Positions 22,048 to 45,017 of a stretch of 64,000 nt of DNA are shown here, in pieces. The first letter of the stretch is position 1, and each line of letters starts with the position of its first letter. The stretch comes from Eledone cirrhosa (Eukaryota): the NCBI GenBank assembly GCA_964016885.1, contig OZ024743.1, positions 305,660,001-305,724,000 on the forward strand, written 5' to 3'. Under the pieces are notes generated by a model that did no database searches, was not told the DNA's origin, and saw only the letters and a list, made by a program, of their open reading frames with translations. The translations under genes and the position numbers were made by a program.

Positions 22048-24510
22048 TTAACTGTATACTTTGTGAAAAGTTCTATGGAATTTATGCAGGCAGATGGAAA
22101 ACAAATCCGAGCGTCTATTTATTATGGATTCTAGGTTAGAGATAATGGTAAATTTTTCATTTAGGCAGAGATTACAGATTTTAGATAGAGAACTGTTCAA
22201 GTACGAGGATGCAGAAGAAATCTTTTTCCAAAAGATGTTATATTTAATGTTTTTGTCTTTTAAGGACCATATGAGTTCTGAGAGAGCAGTGTTAGTTCTT
22301 TTAAGTTTGTATTTGAAAGATGAATGATGATTATAGAGACGAGCTTTAAAAGAGGTGGAAGTGGAGCCAAAATAGGTGAAGGAGTTGGTGCTAGTTATAA
22401 TTTTACATTCATAAATTAAGTTTTTATCGAGGCAATGGTTGTTGAGAGGACATTTATTTTTAATGCGGCAGTTGCAATTAGAGAGATTATTAATGAGTGA
22501 TCTAGTGTTATCTATAGAAGGAATTGGATTGGAGAAGTTGTTTGCGATAGGAATAATAGGAATAATAGTTTCTTGATTTAGAGTTGGATTATGAACATTT
22601 AGCGAAGTTGTGTTTGACGTTGCATTTGGGTTTACAGAAGTTAGCCTAGGGTTTACAATGACGTCAGGAGTACTATTATTGTTATTATGAGATTCAATAT
22701 TGGAAGGAAGAGATTTAGTATTTAATATTTTGTTGTTGTGTTTAGAAATGATGTTGGAAATATTGGAGGATGTAGAATACGAAAATTTAATGGTGTGTTT
22801 GTTAAATATTTTACTATAGATATGTGAGGGAGGGAAGCATTTATTTAAGGCACTAAAAAATAATTTAGGAATATTGTTATTAATAGAGATGGAGAAAGGA
22901 GCATTATACCAGATTATGTTTTTGTATCTAGGTCTTTTATTAAAATTATTGGAATGGTTATGATTAAATATTCTACTGTAAGTTTTCCTAGAATTTGTTT
23001 CTTTATTATATTTGATTTTATCTGGATAGCCAGCTTTAGAAAGTGCGTTATTGTAGTAATTGGCGTTAGCATCAAAGATGTTTTTATTAGAAGATATGTT
23101 AGATATTCTATTTCCAATATTATTAACTATAGCATTCTTGATATTGGTAGGATGGTTAGATTTAAAGTTAACATAATTAAGATTCTCATTGTTTTTATGG
23201 TAAGGGTAATATAGGCCAGTGTCAAGATTAAGAGATACATCCAAGAAATTAGCTAGTTTGGTACTATTATCAAATTCAATTTTTAGGTTATGTTGGTTAA
23301 AGAGATTACGTATATTGTTCTTAATAATATTAAGTTTAACTATATTGCAATTTAGGATAGTAAAGAGTCCATCGTCACGATAAATTCCACCGCGAAGTTG
23401 AGGAATTTTCCGACTCAAAGAGTTCAAAATGAAGATACCAATTAAATCAGTCAATTGGGATGAATCGGATGCTCCCATTGTGATGTCGAAGTTGTTAGAG
23501 GTATCGGCTCTGGTCCAATATTCGTTGTTGAACTCTAGGATGGTTTTACGTGCGGTGAGGATGATGTGAAGTTCATCTGTGGTGATGTCAGAATATTTAA
23601 GTGCGAAAGATAGAGCATTATTGAGAAGTGAAGGCGAAATGGAGGAATAGTAGCTGGCAATATCGAATTGAATAAATTTTAGTTTGTTTTTATTATCCAA
23701 TTTGTTGAACCAGCCAATCACTTCAGAAGTACCAAACCATAAATTTAGGTTTAAAGAAGAGCAATTAGAACTAACCTGTGGGATAATCCTATCCAAGATG
23801 GCTTTACTAACAACCCCCAGATCAGATTTAGAGGGGGCGATTAATCTAACAGGTAGTTCAGTGCGAAAATTGTTTTTGTGATCCTTGAGATTTATCCTCG
23901 GAGTTCTTGGGAGGAATGGTTCGGTCTTTTTTTCAATGCCAAGTTTTGACATAATCTCATAGGCTTCAAGGTTTATGCATTCTAAATTTTCATGGTTGGT
24001 TTTACGATACTTTTTCCTAAGTTCCTTTAGGATAAGGTTGTTATAATTATCCTTGGAAATACCATATAGGTTATTGGTTTTGTCAGAGTGGACTAAAACA
24101 TTTTTTGAGGAATTTAGGTTAGAGATTGTGTTCTTGAGATTTACAAGGTGCTCTTGTCCTTTGTAAGGGTATCTCTTGAATTTAAGATTTTTTATAATTT
24201 TAGTTAATTCATCCTCGAATTGTGCTAGATTTTTGTTGGAAGGAGGATTTCGTCTGGAATTAAAAAGATGATCGAGGAAGTTGTGTTCTTTGGTATGAAA
24301 GTTCCCTTTTAGGCGCTGGTCATAGAAATAGGCTGTCCATCTAAGTCTTCTTACGAAGGAGTCAGTTTTTTCAATAAGAAGTTTGGTGAATTCAGATTTA
24401 CCAGGTATAGGAATGTCTTTAGTAGAATTGGTTATGTTGTAATAATCCATGTTGTAGAAGAAGAGGTGAAGGACCATCAAAAGGTATCCAATATGAGAGT
24501 AAGCGCTCAA
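22048..24510 (-). CDS. PLE polyprotein: reverse transcriptase plus C-terminal GIY-YIG endonuclease (true start probably a downstream ATG)
   Basis: 820 codons without a stop; motifs SDKTNN, FDIASYY, MGASDS, YRDD, NFLD, CNCx5C linker, IYECK...YFGST...FKARLYNH and CNLCLNE. Confidence 0.93.
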   Translation of the reverse strand: MSAYSHIGYLLMVLHLFFYNMDYYNITNSTKDIPIPGKSEFTKLLIEKTDSFVRRLRWTAYFYDQRLKGNFHTKEHNFLDHLFNSRRNPPSNKNLAQFEDELTKIIKNLKFKRYPYKGQEHLVNLKNTISNLNSSKNVLVHSDKTNNLYGISKDNYNNLILKELRKKYRKTNHENLECINLEAYEIMSKLGIEKKTEPFLPRTPRINLKDHKNNFRTELPVRLIAPSKSDLGVVSKAILDRIIPQVSSNCSSLNLNLWFGTSEVIGWFNKLDNKNKLKFIQFDIASYYSSISPSLLNNALSFALKYSDITTDELHIILTARKTILEFNNEYWTRADTSNNFDITMGASDSSQLTDLIGIFILNSLSRKIPQLRGGIYRDDGLFTILNCNIVKLNIIKNNIRNLFNQHNLKIEFDNSTKLANFLDVSLNLDTGLYYPYHKNNENLNYVNFKSNHPTNIKNAIVNNIGNRISNISSNKNIFDANANYYNNALSKAGYPDKIKYNKETNSRKTYSRIFNHNHSNNFNKRPRYKNIIWYNAPFSISINNNIPKLFFSALNKCFPPSHIYSKIFNKHTIKFSYSTSSNISNIISKHNNKILNTKSLPSNIESHNNNNSTPDVIVNPRLTSVNPNATSNTTSLNVHNPTLNQETIIPIIPIANNFSNPIPSIDNTRSLINNLSNCNCRIKNKCPLNNHCLDKNLIYECKIITSTNSFTYFGSTSTSFKARLYNHHSSFKYKLKRTNTALSELIWSLKDKNIKYNIFWKKISSASSYLNSSLSKICNLCLNEKFTIISNLESIINRRSDLFSICLHKFHRTFHKVYS

Positions 24511-24656
24511 CCGTTAAGGAGCAAGTAAATGTAGGAGGTGAGTTTTATTGTAGTACAATAAAGCAATGCAGATATCGGATAAGAAGCACTCTACAGTTTG
24601 TGGGACTGGAGTATGCATAATATAAGATCAAAAGATGGTTAAAGGAGTTCAATATA

Positions 24657-24723
24657 TTTTATTATGCGCATTTCAAAAACAAATATCATCAAACAATAAT
24701 ATTTGTGTTTTCATCAGATAAAA
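24657..24723 (-). ncRNA. Hammerhead motif in the 5' pLTR of H1
   Basis: Same motif as 20744-20810. Confidence 0.8.
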
Positions 24724-25480
24724 CAGGAGAACATGATATGAAGGCTAAAAAAACACTTGTTGATAGTGCAGTTTTAAATCAACATATGAAAAGTGGTTTT
24801 AGATTGATGTGTGATATTGGGAAAAATATTTTATTTAGAGAGGGGGGGAGAGAAAAGGATGAAAAGGGAAGGAGATGAGAGGGAGAGATGGGTGATAGAG
24901 AGAAAGAGATAGTTTTTATAACAGAGAGGAGATATATTTTATATAGAGGGGTTGAAAACCGTTGGAAGATATTGTATAAATTAAAAATTTTGAAAATTAA
25001 CGAAGGGAGGATATGTGCGAGGAAAAAATATTATATTTAGGGAGGGGTGGGGGTGGAAAGGATGAAAAAAAGGGGAGGAGATGAGAGTGAGGGTGAAAAG
25101 GGAGAGATGGGTGATAGAGAGAAAGAGATAGTTTTTATAACTGAGAAAAAGATATAATGTTTTAATATAGAGAGGTTGGGAACCGTTGGAAGATAATGTA
25201 TAAATTAAAGGAATTTGAAAATTAACGAAGGGAAATTATGTATGGAGATAGAGAGAAAAAATAACGAAGGGAGATTATGTATGGAGATAGAGAGAAAAAA
25301 AAAAAAAATAATAATTGTGGGTGAATATTCAAAAGGAGAAATGTAGGAATCTTAAAATTAGCAAAGAGAAAATGTTTATGTATAGGATTTGAGAAAAATA
25401 ATGTGAAGTTAAAGTTTTTATATTGAATTCATATGTATTAATAATGAGTTCGTTGATGGGGAGAAAAAAATAATAATAAA

Positions 25481-25680
25481 NNNNNNNNNNNNNNNNNNNN
25501 NNNNNNNNNNNNNNNNNNNNNNNNNNNNNNNNNNNNNNNNNNNNNNNNNNNNNNNNNNNNNNNNNNNNNNNNNNNNNNNNNNNNNNNNNNNNNNNNNNNN
25601 NNNNNNNNNNNNNNNNNNNNNNNNNNNNNNNNNNNNNNNNNNNNNNNNNNNNNNNNNNNNNNNNNNNNNNNNNNNNNNNN
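25481..25680. other. Assembly gap (200 N)
   Basis: Run of N. Confidence 1.
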
Positions 25681-27132
25681 ACGTCGGCTCCACATCGACG
25701 GAATTTAAACTTCGCTATAATAACCACAAGAATTCTTTCACAGATCCAAATAAAAAATCTTCAACGGCACTATCAGGGGTACTCTGGCAACTTAAGCTAG
25801 ATAACGTTAGATATTCGACGGCTTGGAATATAGTCTCAAGAGGGATTCCTTTTAATTCATCCTCTGAGACATGTGACCTCTGCGCAGAGGAGATATTCTT
25901 TATACTAAAATCTAAAAATTCCCTTAACCTACGGACAAATTTATTCAGTTGTTGCAAACATAGATTAAACTCAACGTTTAAATATAAATTTAAATTTAAA
26001 ATGTAGTATATTTAGTTTGTTTTATATTTATATGAGAACTAGCCGATAAATCTTTTGATTCCTAAATCTTTGATTCCCTCTTTTTACTCTTTTTATTGTT
26101 TATTTTATTTTATTTATTTTTATTTTTATCTAAACATTCCTCATGAAAAATTAAGCTACCCTAAAAGCCGATGCTCCAAATTTTTTGAATTAACCTTACA
26201 CTAGATAAACTTATATATTAAATATAGGAGCATATGTAGACATTATTGGACATCATAATGTAGACATTATTGGACATCATAATCTTTTTTGCGATATTCC
26301 TTGCTAGATGTGATTTGATAGATAATTTTTGGCTTTGTCTTGTAATGAACTTGGCAATATATTGTCAATTAACTTTGAAGGGTTGTTCTTTGTGGTTTAT
26401 TTTTATTTTCATTTTTATTTTATTTTTATTTTTATTTTTATTCTTTTAGTATTGTGGTATTCTATAATATTTTTATTTTTTATTTTATTTTATTTTTATT
26501 TTTAATATTTTTATATGTAAATTTTTATTTTTAATATTTTTATATGTAAATTTTTAATACGTAATATTTTTAATACGTAGTATTTTTAATATGCAATATT
26601 TTTATTATGTAATATTCTTTCGTAATATTTTTTTTAGTTTTCTATTCTATATTCTATATTTTTATATATTTTTACTTATTATCATTATTATTGTTATCTT
26701 TGTTTATAATATAATATATATTTTCGATTAGTATATTGAAATCTGCTCTCTATTTCTGCTTGATAGATAATCTTGTAGAGTAATCGCAAGAATAATAATA
26801 CGCTCAAATTTTTATACCACATTGAGAATGTTTTCCGGTAACTTAGAATTTGCGGAGTGAATCAGTTGGATTCACATTGATGTTTGTAGCTGTCACATAG
26901 ACATATGAATTTTTTAAAAAACTAAACATAAGATAATGAATTTTCACGCATTGTGAATACTTGTTTCATTCAGGAATACTGATATTTACAATATAGTGTA
27001 AGTTTTATAAATACTAATACATTAAAACATAGGGTTTTCTACGCCTCGAATATGTCTGGCTATTTTTAAATTTTTCTCTCTCTATATCTCTCTATATCTC
27101 TCTATATATCTCCCTTACATTAATACTTGAGC

Positions 27133-27163
<31 letters not shown>

Positions 27164-27718
27164 ATGCATCATTGATACACTTACTCAAAATGACCTCCCA
27201 CTACCTAATTTTCTATATATATATGTATTTATCTCTATTTCCTCTCTCTCTATATATATATATCTCTTTCTGTCTCTTTACATGAAGCTCTTCGCTTTAT
27301 CTATTTTTCCATCTCTCTATTTTGTCCCATGCATTTCTTCTTTTTCTTTTTCTTCTTTTTCTTCCTTTTCTTTGTTTTGTCTTTCTTTCTTTCTTATTTC
27401 CCTCTTTTCTCTCTCTCTTTATTTCTCTCTGTATTTTCACTGCTAGCGTAAACCTCTTCAAATGAAGTTGATGTTATTACGGTATGTTGAATATATTTAT
27501 CTATAAAACTGTTTATATTGTATTTTGTCTGATGAAGGCATAGCATATTGTTAATATGATATCCCCGAAATATATATAATGAAATAAATATGGTTTTATA
27601 AATATAGTTTTCCATTTATTTAATATTGTAAATATACTCCAAATATTTGTCGAGTGCTTTTATATCAGTTATAAATATTTACTAGTTGTAACCCAACAAT
27701 TTTAAATATAACATTACA
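25681..27718 (+). mobile_element. PLE family H2 3' part (end of GIY-YIG plus long 3' UTR/pLTR)
   Basis: VGSTSTEFKLRYNNH...CDLCAEE...CCKH; homologous to 56135-58046. Confidence 0.9.
27521..27586 (+). ncRNA. Hammerhead motif in the H2 pLTR
   Basis: tattttgt-CTGATGA-aggcatagcatattgttaatatgatatcccc-GAAA-TATATA-TA-atgaaata. Confidence 0.75.
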
Positions 27719-34159
<6,441 letters not shown>

Positions 34160-34820
34160 GGCTTGGCACTTGTTGGTATAAGACGTGAATTGTCGTCTCT
34201 CCGGATTTGAAATTTTAATATTTTAAATCGACAGTAATCGGATTTATGTATGGTTTTAATTCTTCAGAGGACAAGGAAAACATACAAAAAAGATAAGTTT
34301 TTGTGCTTTGACGCAATTATTTTGAAGTATATTTTACATATATTACCGTTTTGAACATGTTTATTTTCACTGTATGATTCATTCATGGGAGACAACACAC
34401 ACACGTGCTTTCTATTTTTGTTTCATACAGAGCATTTTGGTTTAGCTTAAGCAATTTTGTATTAATTTTGATATTTCTGAGTAACATAATTTAATTTGAT
34501 ATAATCTTGTTTGATTTTGTATAATCTTATCTGTATTTGACCCGATTTCGTTGTTTCTTGTATGATATGCTGATATTACAATAACTCCGTATATTTGTAA
34601 ACAGACATTTACATCGTGTTTCTATATCTCTGTTTCCGGTTTCTTCCATTCATTAATTTAAATTTAGATTTAAAAATTTATTTTTATATTTATGAACTGC
34701 AGTTGCTCACGCTCTCACGCTGTCTCTATCTCTCTCCTTCCTCTCTCTCTCTCTCTCTCTCTCTCCCCCTCTCTCTCTCTCGATCAACGAGCTCTCTTTC
34801 TCCCTCTCTCTAGATCAACG

Positions 34821-34864
<44 letters not shown>

Positions 34865-35067
34865 TCTCTCTCTCCCTCTGACCCCCCCACTCTTCCCGCT
34901 ATCTCTCTCGCTCCCCTCTTCTGTCTCCCTCTTTTCTTTTCTTTTCTTCTGTTTCTCTTTCTTTTTCTCTCGCTGGAGTTATATCTCTATCTCCCTCCCT
35001 CACTCTGTCCCTCTCTAACCTCTACTCTACACCTCCCACTGTCCCTCTTTCTCCCCTCCACAGCGAA

Positions 35068-36018
35068 ATGGACTGCATGCAGGAAAAATGGGAAAAATGG
35101 GAAATCAGGAGTCAGCGAAACTGGTCGAAGATTGAACTAGCGGTTTTGATCAAGGGGTGGACTATGGCTGATGGGTCTCCACCAAGCAAAAAGATGGCGG
35201 AGAACCTGAAGAGCCATGGGTTTATGAGGACCCTGGTACAGATAGAGAGAAAGAGAAAAGAAATTGAGAAGGCGTATGTCCTCATAGCGCCTCATATGGC
35301 GATGCTAAGCCGTGTCCTCAGGGAGGAGAAAACCGAAGGGAGGGATGAGGAGAAGGAGAGGGAAAAGGAAAGGGAAAAAGAAAAGGAGGAGAGCACAAGC
35401 ACGGACCTGAAAGAAAATGATATACCCTCCGCTACAGGCAGGGAGGGCAGGCCGGGCAACCAACAAGCTAAGGGCAAAGGTGAAAAGCGAAATCACCTTC
35501 CGAAGGAGAACCAAGCGCAGAGGGACCAGTGGACAACTGTTCAAAGAAAGAACAGAAAGCACCGAGACACTGGGAGCAAAAAACACCAAGTAATGTGCAA
35601 GTTTTTCAAGAACGGGACATGCTGGCATGGAGAGACAGGGATGGGATGCAGATTCGCCCACCCTAGGTCTCAAACGAACTATGCCCATCATACTCGCGCA
35701 ACATGCCCCAGCCAAAGCCGAAATAAGCCGCTCCAGAAGTATGCTGATGTCGCGCGTGCTGCACCAACAAGGAGAAGGCACGCACATGCCGACGAGATAC
35801 AGATGGCAGCAGCAGATCAGAAAATTTTTTTAGTGATGGCAGAGAAGATTGTGGGACAGCTGACCTGGCTGCATCGTCTCCAGAGCCAGGGTCATCCACA
35901 CCAGCACTCGAGACCACCGCAGTTAAGGGACCCAGAGTGGCCGCCGCTGACACCAGACCAGGTGTCATACCGACAGCCATTACTGGCACCCCAAAAGTCA
36001 CACCAGTGCTGCTGCTGA
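35068..36018 (+). CDS. LINE ORF1 with charged region and CCCH-type zinc finger
   Basis: 316 aa with ATG start; CKFFKNGTCWHGETGMGCRFAHP. Confidence 0.8.
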   Translation: MDCMQEKWEKWEIRSQRNWSKIELAVLIKGWTMADGSPPSKKMAENLKSHGFMRTLVQIERKRKEIEKAYVLIAPHMAMLSRVLREEKTEGRDEEKEREKEREKEKEESTSTDLKENDIPSATGREGRPGNQQAKGKGEKRNHLPKENQAQRDQWTTVQRKNRKHRDTGSKKHQVMCKFFKNGTCWHGETGMGCRFAHPRSQTNYAHHTRATCPSQSRNKPLQKYADVARAAPTRRRHAHADEIQMAAADQKIFLVMAEKIVGQLTWLHRLQSQGHPHQHSRPPQLRDPEWPPLTPDQVSYRQPLLAPQKSHQCCC

Positions 36019-38978
36019 ATGTCAGGGGCCTGGTGAAACTCAGCAACATGAGTAAAATTTCCTACCTGGGAGACTTAGCCATAAGCAATCAAGCACTATG
36101 CATGGCACTAACCGAAACGCACCTGACAAGCAGTATAGCAGATGCAGAAATACATATACCGAAATATACTGTATTTCGTTCGGACAGGAAGGAGAGAACT
36201 CATGGTGGGGTTGCTCTGTATATCCGTGAAGATGTCACACCAATTGTACTGTTGACACATTCAAACTCAGTCTGTGACACACTGATAATACATATGAAGC
36301 AACTACAGACGGTAATATGTGTCACATATCGGCCGCCCGATGCCCCCAGTCATGAGGGTAAATTTGAGGATAGCCTAAGTAGGATAGAAGAGGTCCTTGA
36401 CAAACTGGACCAGGGTCTCAACATCCTACTGCTGGGAGACTTCAACCTACCAAAGGTCAAATGGCCTGAGGGCCACCTCCTCCCTGGAATGACGTCAATA
36501 GAACAGAGACAGACGGAATCCCTGCTGGCCCTCACACACAGGCTGTTCATGGAGCAAGCAATACTCCTCCCAACAAGAGGCGAAAATGTCCTGGACCTCT
36601 GTTTTACAAACAACGAAGTGCTCATCCACAATGTAAAGGTGACACCAACAATTCTCTCGGATCATAACTTGGTAGAGCTAATGATATGTGGTCCAAGAGA
36701 ACCAACAGAGACAAAACCACCAAGAAGCTCCGGGACGCTATCCAGCCTTAACTTCTACGGGGCTGACTGGAAGAAGATTAAGAGTGAAATCCGGAAGCAA
36801 ACATGGAGTGCAAACATCGCCACACAAGACACTAACACACAATTTCAACACTTCATGACAACGATACACACCATATGCAAAAAGTGTGTCCCGGAGAAAG
36901 AGGCAAACAGACACAAAAATCTTATTCCCAGAGATAGGAAAATCCTTATGAGACGTAGAACTAAACTCTCAAACCAGTTGAATAGTCAACAAAACCAAAA
37001 CAAGAAGGAATCCTATTTGAAACGTGCACTACTTGACACCGAGATTGCACTCAAGCTTTCACATGAGAATGAGAGGGCAAGGAAAGAGAACAGGGCCATA
37101 GAAAACATTAAAACAAACCCTAAGGCCTTCTTTAAATTTGCAAAAGAAACTGCCTCAGTACACTGCAAGATTGGACCACTCTTCCACACGGACGGTTCAT
37201 TAACCGAAAATCCCCAAGAGATATGTGAAATACTGAACGAACAGTACAAAAGTGTCTTCACATGTCCACTGAGGCACATGCAAATAACGAAGCCAGAGGA
37301 GTTCTTTGATGTCACAACACTACATCAAGAAATGGCAACCATCAACCACATAGACATAACGGAGGAGGATGTGGTGTACGCCATTGATGAAATTAGAACA
37401 GACTCGGCTGCTGGACCTGATGGATTCCCAGCAGTTCTCCTAAAAATATGTAAGCGGGCCTTAGCAACTCCACTGAAGATGCTCTTCAGAAGCTCCTTGG
37501 CTAGCGGTGTACTACCCAGGGAGCTGAAAGAAGGCACAATATGCCCTATCCATAAAGGAGGTAGTAGAGCGGAGGCCAAGAACTATAGGCCAGTCTCCCT
37601 GACGCCGCATATCAGTAAGGTCATGGAGCGAGTCGTCAGAAAGAAACTAATCACTTTCCTCGAAGAAAATGACCGCCTGACTAGCACGCAACATGGCTTC
37701 CGCCCAGGAAGAAGCTGCCTTACACAGCTGCTACATCACTACGACTGGGTACTGAGACAGCTACTAGACAGCTCACATGTAGACGTGATATATCTTGACT
37801 TTGCGAAGGCCTTTGACAAGGTCGACCACGGAATGATATGTCACAAACTACACGGACTCGGCATAACTGGAAAAGTAGGTGAGTGGCTGCATGGCTTCCT
37901 GAGGGACAGAAGCCAGGCAGTCGCAGCAAATGGGGCCCTCTCGAGGGAAACACCGATAACAAGTGGGGTGCCTCAGGGGACAGTCCTGGGACCACTACTG
38001 TTTTTGGTGGCTCTCTCGGACATGCCCTCTGTGGTGCATGCAACAACATCCCTCACTAGCTATGCTGATGACACTAAGGTAGCACAGGCAATCAAAAACC
38101 CGGCTGACGCTGCCCTCTTACAGCAGGATCTGGATGCCATATACAGATGGGCGGAAGAAAACAACATGCAGTTTAATGCTGGCAAATTCCAAGCCCTACA
38201 ATACAAACCTGCAAACACAAACACAAATATAGCGGAACACAGCTACACAGGACCAGGAGGGACCGATATCCCCGTGTCAAAATCGATACGAGACCTGGGC
38301 ATAGACATGAGCGATGATGCATCTTTTTCTTCACACATCATGAAGGTGGCGACAGCATGTAGACGATTCGCTGGCTGGATCTTGAGGACTTTCCTTACAA
38401 GAGATCGAGACACCATGTTGACACTGTGGAGGACTTTTGTCCTAAGCCGCCTGGACTACTGCTCCCAGCTGTGGTCACCCCATAGTGTCAAACTAACCAC
38501 AGAGCTTGAGGCAATCCAGCGAAGCTACACCAAGAGGATTGCCAAGATGAGGGAGACAAGCTACTGGGAGAGGCTGAAGGAACTGAACCTCTACTCCTTG
38601 GAGCGAAGACGGGAGGGATACGCAGTGATCTACATGTGGAAAATCCTGGAGGGACTAGCACCCAACTTTGGCATTGGGAGCTGGACCAACCGTCGAACAG
38701 GACGTCACTGTGTAGTGCCAAAGGTCCCGTCTTCCACATCTAGAATAAGGAGCAGGTATTGCAATAGCCTGGGATTCAAGGGCCCTCAACTCTTCAACAG
38801 GCTGCCGAGGCATCTGCGAGACTTGCATGACGTGGAGGTGGATGTCTTTAAGAAACATCTCGACACCTTGTTATCCAGGATCCCGGATGAGCCCACAGCA
38901 AGACACGAGGGAAACCTAAGGGCAGCAGCAACAAACCCCCTCCTACACCAGTGGCCAACCTATACAGGCTGGAGATAA
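35937..38978 (+). CDS. LINE ORF2: APE endonuclease plus reverse transcriptase
   Basis: Endonuclease motifs NVRGL, LTETHL, GGVALY, YRPP, GDFN, LDL and SDH; RT motifs [25 protein letters not shown] and YADD. Confidence 0.96.
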   Translation: MAAADTRPGVIPTAITGTPKVTPVLLLNVRGLVKLSNMSKISYLGDLAISNQALCMALTETHLTSSIADAEIHIPKYTVFRSDRKERTHGGVALYIREDVTPIVLLTHSNSVCDTLIIHMKQLQTVICVTYRPPDAPSHEGKFEDSLSRIEEVLDKLDQGLNILLLGDFNLPKVKWPEGHLLPGMTSIEQRQTESLLALTHRLFMEQAILLPTRGENVLDLCFTNNEVLIHNVKVTPTILSDHNLVELMICGPREPTETKPPRSSGTLSSLNFYGADWKKIKSEIRKQTWSANIATQDTNTQFQHFMTTIHTICKKCVPEKEANRHKNLIPRDRKILMRRRTKLSNQLNSQQNQNKKESYLKRALLDTEIALKLSHENERARKENRAIENIKTNPKAFFKFAKETASVHCKIGPLFHTDGSLTENPQEICEILNEQYKSVFTCPLRHMQITKPEEFFDVTTLHQEMATINHIDITEEDVVYAIDEIRTDSAAGPDGFPAVLLKICKRALATPLKMLFRSSLASGVLPRELKEGTICPIHKGGSRAEAKNYRPVSLTPHISKVMERVVRKKLITFLEENDRLTSTQHGFRPGRSCLTQLLHHYDWVLRQLLDSSHVDVIYLDFAKAFDKVDHGMICHKLHGLGITGKVGEWLHGFLRDRSQAVAANGALSRETPITSGVPQGTVLGPLLFLVALSDMPSVVHATTSLTSYADDTKVAQAIKNPADAALLQQDLDAIYRWAEENNMQFNAGKFQALQYKPANTNTNIAEHSYTGPGGTDIPVSKSIRDLGIDMSDDASFSSHIMKVATACRRFAGWILRTFLTRDRDTMLTLWRTFVLSRLDYCSQLWSPHSVKLTTELEAIQRSYTKRIAKMRETSYWERLKELNLYSLERRREGYAVIYMWKILEGLAPNFGIGSWTNRRTGRHCVVPKVPSSTSRIRSRYCNSLGFKGPQLFNRLPRHLRDLHDVEVDVFKKHLDTLLSRIPDEPTARHEGNLRAAATNPLLHQWPTYTGWR

Positions 38979-39059
38979 AATGTGTAGCAACAAGGGCGGT
39001 GCCCCAGCATGGCCTCAGCCGGATGGCTGAAACAGGTAAAAGAGTAAAAGAGTAAAAGA

Positions 39060-39730
<671 letters not shown>

Positions 39731-40343
39731 ATGGTGGCTGCCAACTCGTTTTCGAGTACGGCCACTACTTTACATCCATGTAGGAGAACCCCTACCGATG
39801 CCCTGAACAAGTGTGACTTTTTAGTCCAGCCAGTGACTTGAAAACTCTGGCACAAACACTACACCTGTGACAATTATTGACACATAGTGCTGGGCCCATG
39901 GTACCATGTGACGACAAGTGCAGAGAGATCTCCAGATATAAAGCAATGCCTGTGCCGTGAAGCTTTTATAGTGAGCAAAGGCACTGCACAAAGCCAGTCC
40001 CACTCTCTTAACCAAGTTGATATTTACCAAAAAGAAGAACAAGTCAACATCATTGGATACCATCAGGGTTGCAGGTGTTATATCAGAGTTTTCCTTCTCC
40101 TAGAATTCTGCCTTGACAAAGGCTAAGGGGTCATCTCTCCCGGTGATTTTGGATGGCCATTGACTCTTAAGAGCTCCTTTGCCCTTTGACAGGTTTTGTT
40201 TTTAGTCCTGCAGGATGTCCAAAGTCACCCTCCTCACCAAGAGACCTTGGTGGGGTTGCCAGTTTAGTCGCCAACGACCCGACCATGAGACAGGTTGTAC
40301 TGGGATACATGTTACCAGTAGCACCAACTGGTGACCTGACACA
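39731..40343 (-). mobile_element. Probable RTE-derived 5'-UTR-like or SINE-like repeat
   Basis: The minus strand contains ctaggagaaggaaaactctgat, which resembles the RTE 5'-UTR motif as I recall it; non-coding; (TA)n flanks. Confidence 0.45.
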
Positions 40344-40362
40344 TATGTATATATATATATAT

Positions 40363-40495
<133 letters not shown>

Positions 40496-40497
40496 CA

Positions 40498-40533
<36 letters not shown>

Positions 40534-40534
40534 C

Positions 40535-44078
<3,544 letters not shown>

Positions 44079-44137
44079 TAAATAAAAGTCAAATGATTAA
44101 AATTTAGCTTCGTTAAAACTCAAAATCTATATACATA

Positions 44138-44180
<43 letters not shown>

Positions 44181-44181
<1 letters not shown>

Positions 44182-44730
44182 AGTTATTCCGGGTTGAATC
44201 GGAGGTAACGACAGTAAGTAAGGTACTCAATACATAGCAGAGTATTAAAGTTTTAATATAGAAGAGCTTCTACAGGACTAGAACTGTTTCATTCGTGAGA
44301 AACCTTCAGGAAGCTGGTTGTCCAAGTAAATGGTAGTAGTTATATCTTTCTTATCTGGTAGTAGGAGAGAGGGGATGGGTGTAGGACATTGATTGAAGGA
44401 TTTAAAGAAAAGGGAGTTCATTAAAAGCTAATTCTTAAAAGCTATAATATTAACAAAGGCAAAAGAATACTTGTAAACAAATTTAAAATTGGGATGCCAA
44501 TCATTGTTTATCACTTAGACTAACAATGCCTGTAAGGCAGTTTTCTACAGGATGGGTGGGGTTCAATGGTTTAAAGAAAAGGGAAATTCTTTAGAAGCTA
44601 ATTCTTTAAGGCTGAAATAAGGGTGACAAAGGAAGAAAGGGTTCCATCAACAGATTCAAGTGTTGGGGTGAACCCCCTACAGTGAAGTTTCTCTTAATAT
44701 ATATTCTAGGTGTCGACAAACCCATTTACA
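44181..44730 (-). mobile_element. Degenerate PLE 3' end/pLTR with a hammerhead-like motif at 44265-44315
   Basis: agcttc-CTGAAGG-tttctcacgaat-GAAA-cagttctagtcctg-TA-gaagct; homologous to 58156-58287. Confidence 0.65.
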
Positions 44731-44913
44731 CACGCGCCCACTTACAGACGTACACACACATACACGCATGCACACACAGGCAGGCACACACACAACAAAC
44801 ATACATCATGGTACATACACACATACATATGTACAAATATATACATACACATATACATATATATATATATGTGTGTGTGTACATACATACGTATACATAT
44901 ATAGAGAGATATA

Positions 44914-44959
<46 letters not shown>

Positions 44960-45017
44960 TACACATATATACACACATACATACATATAGATACATATAC
45001 ACGCACACGCACACACG

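Larger units (their letters stand above)
20706..25480 (-). mobile_element. Full-length Penelope-like element H1 (probably Hydra clade) with direct tandem pLTRs
   Basis: 24619-25480 repeats 20706-~21580; an intact ORF lies between them; the upstream pLTR runs into the N gap. Confidence 0.93.

Noticed and set aside
25715-25957. 80-aa ORF repeated at 63743-63985
   Set aside because: It is the antisense frame of the PLE GIY-YIG coding region
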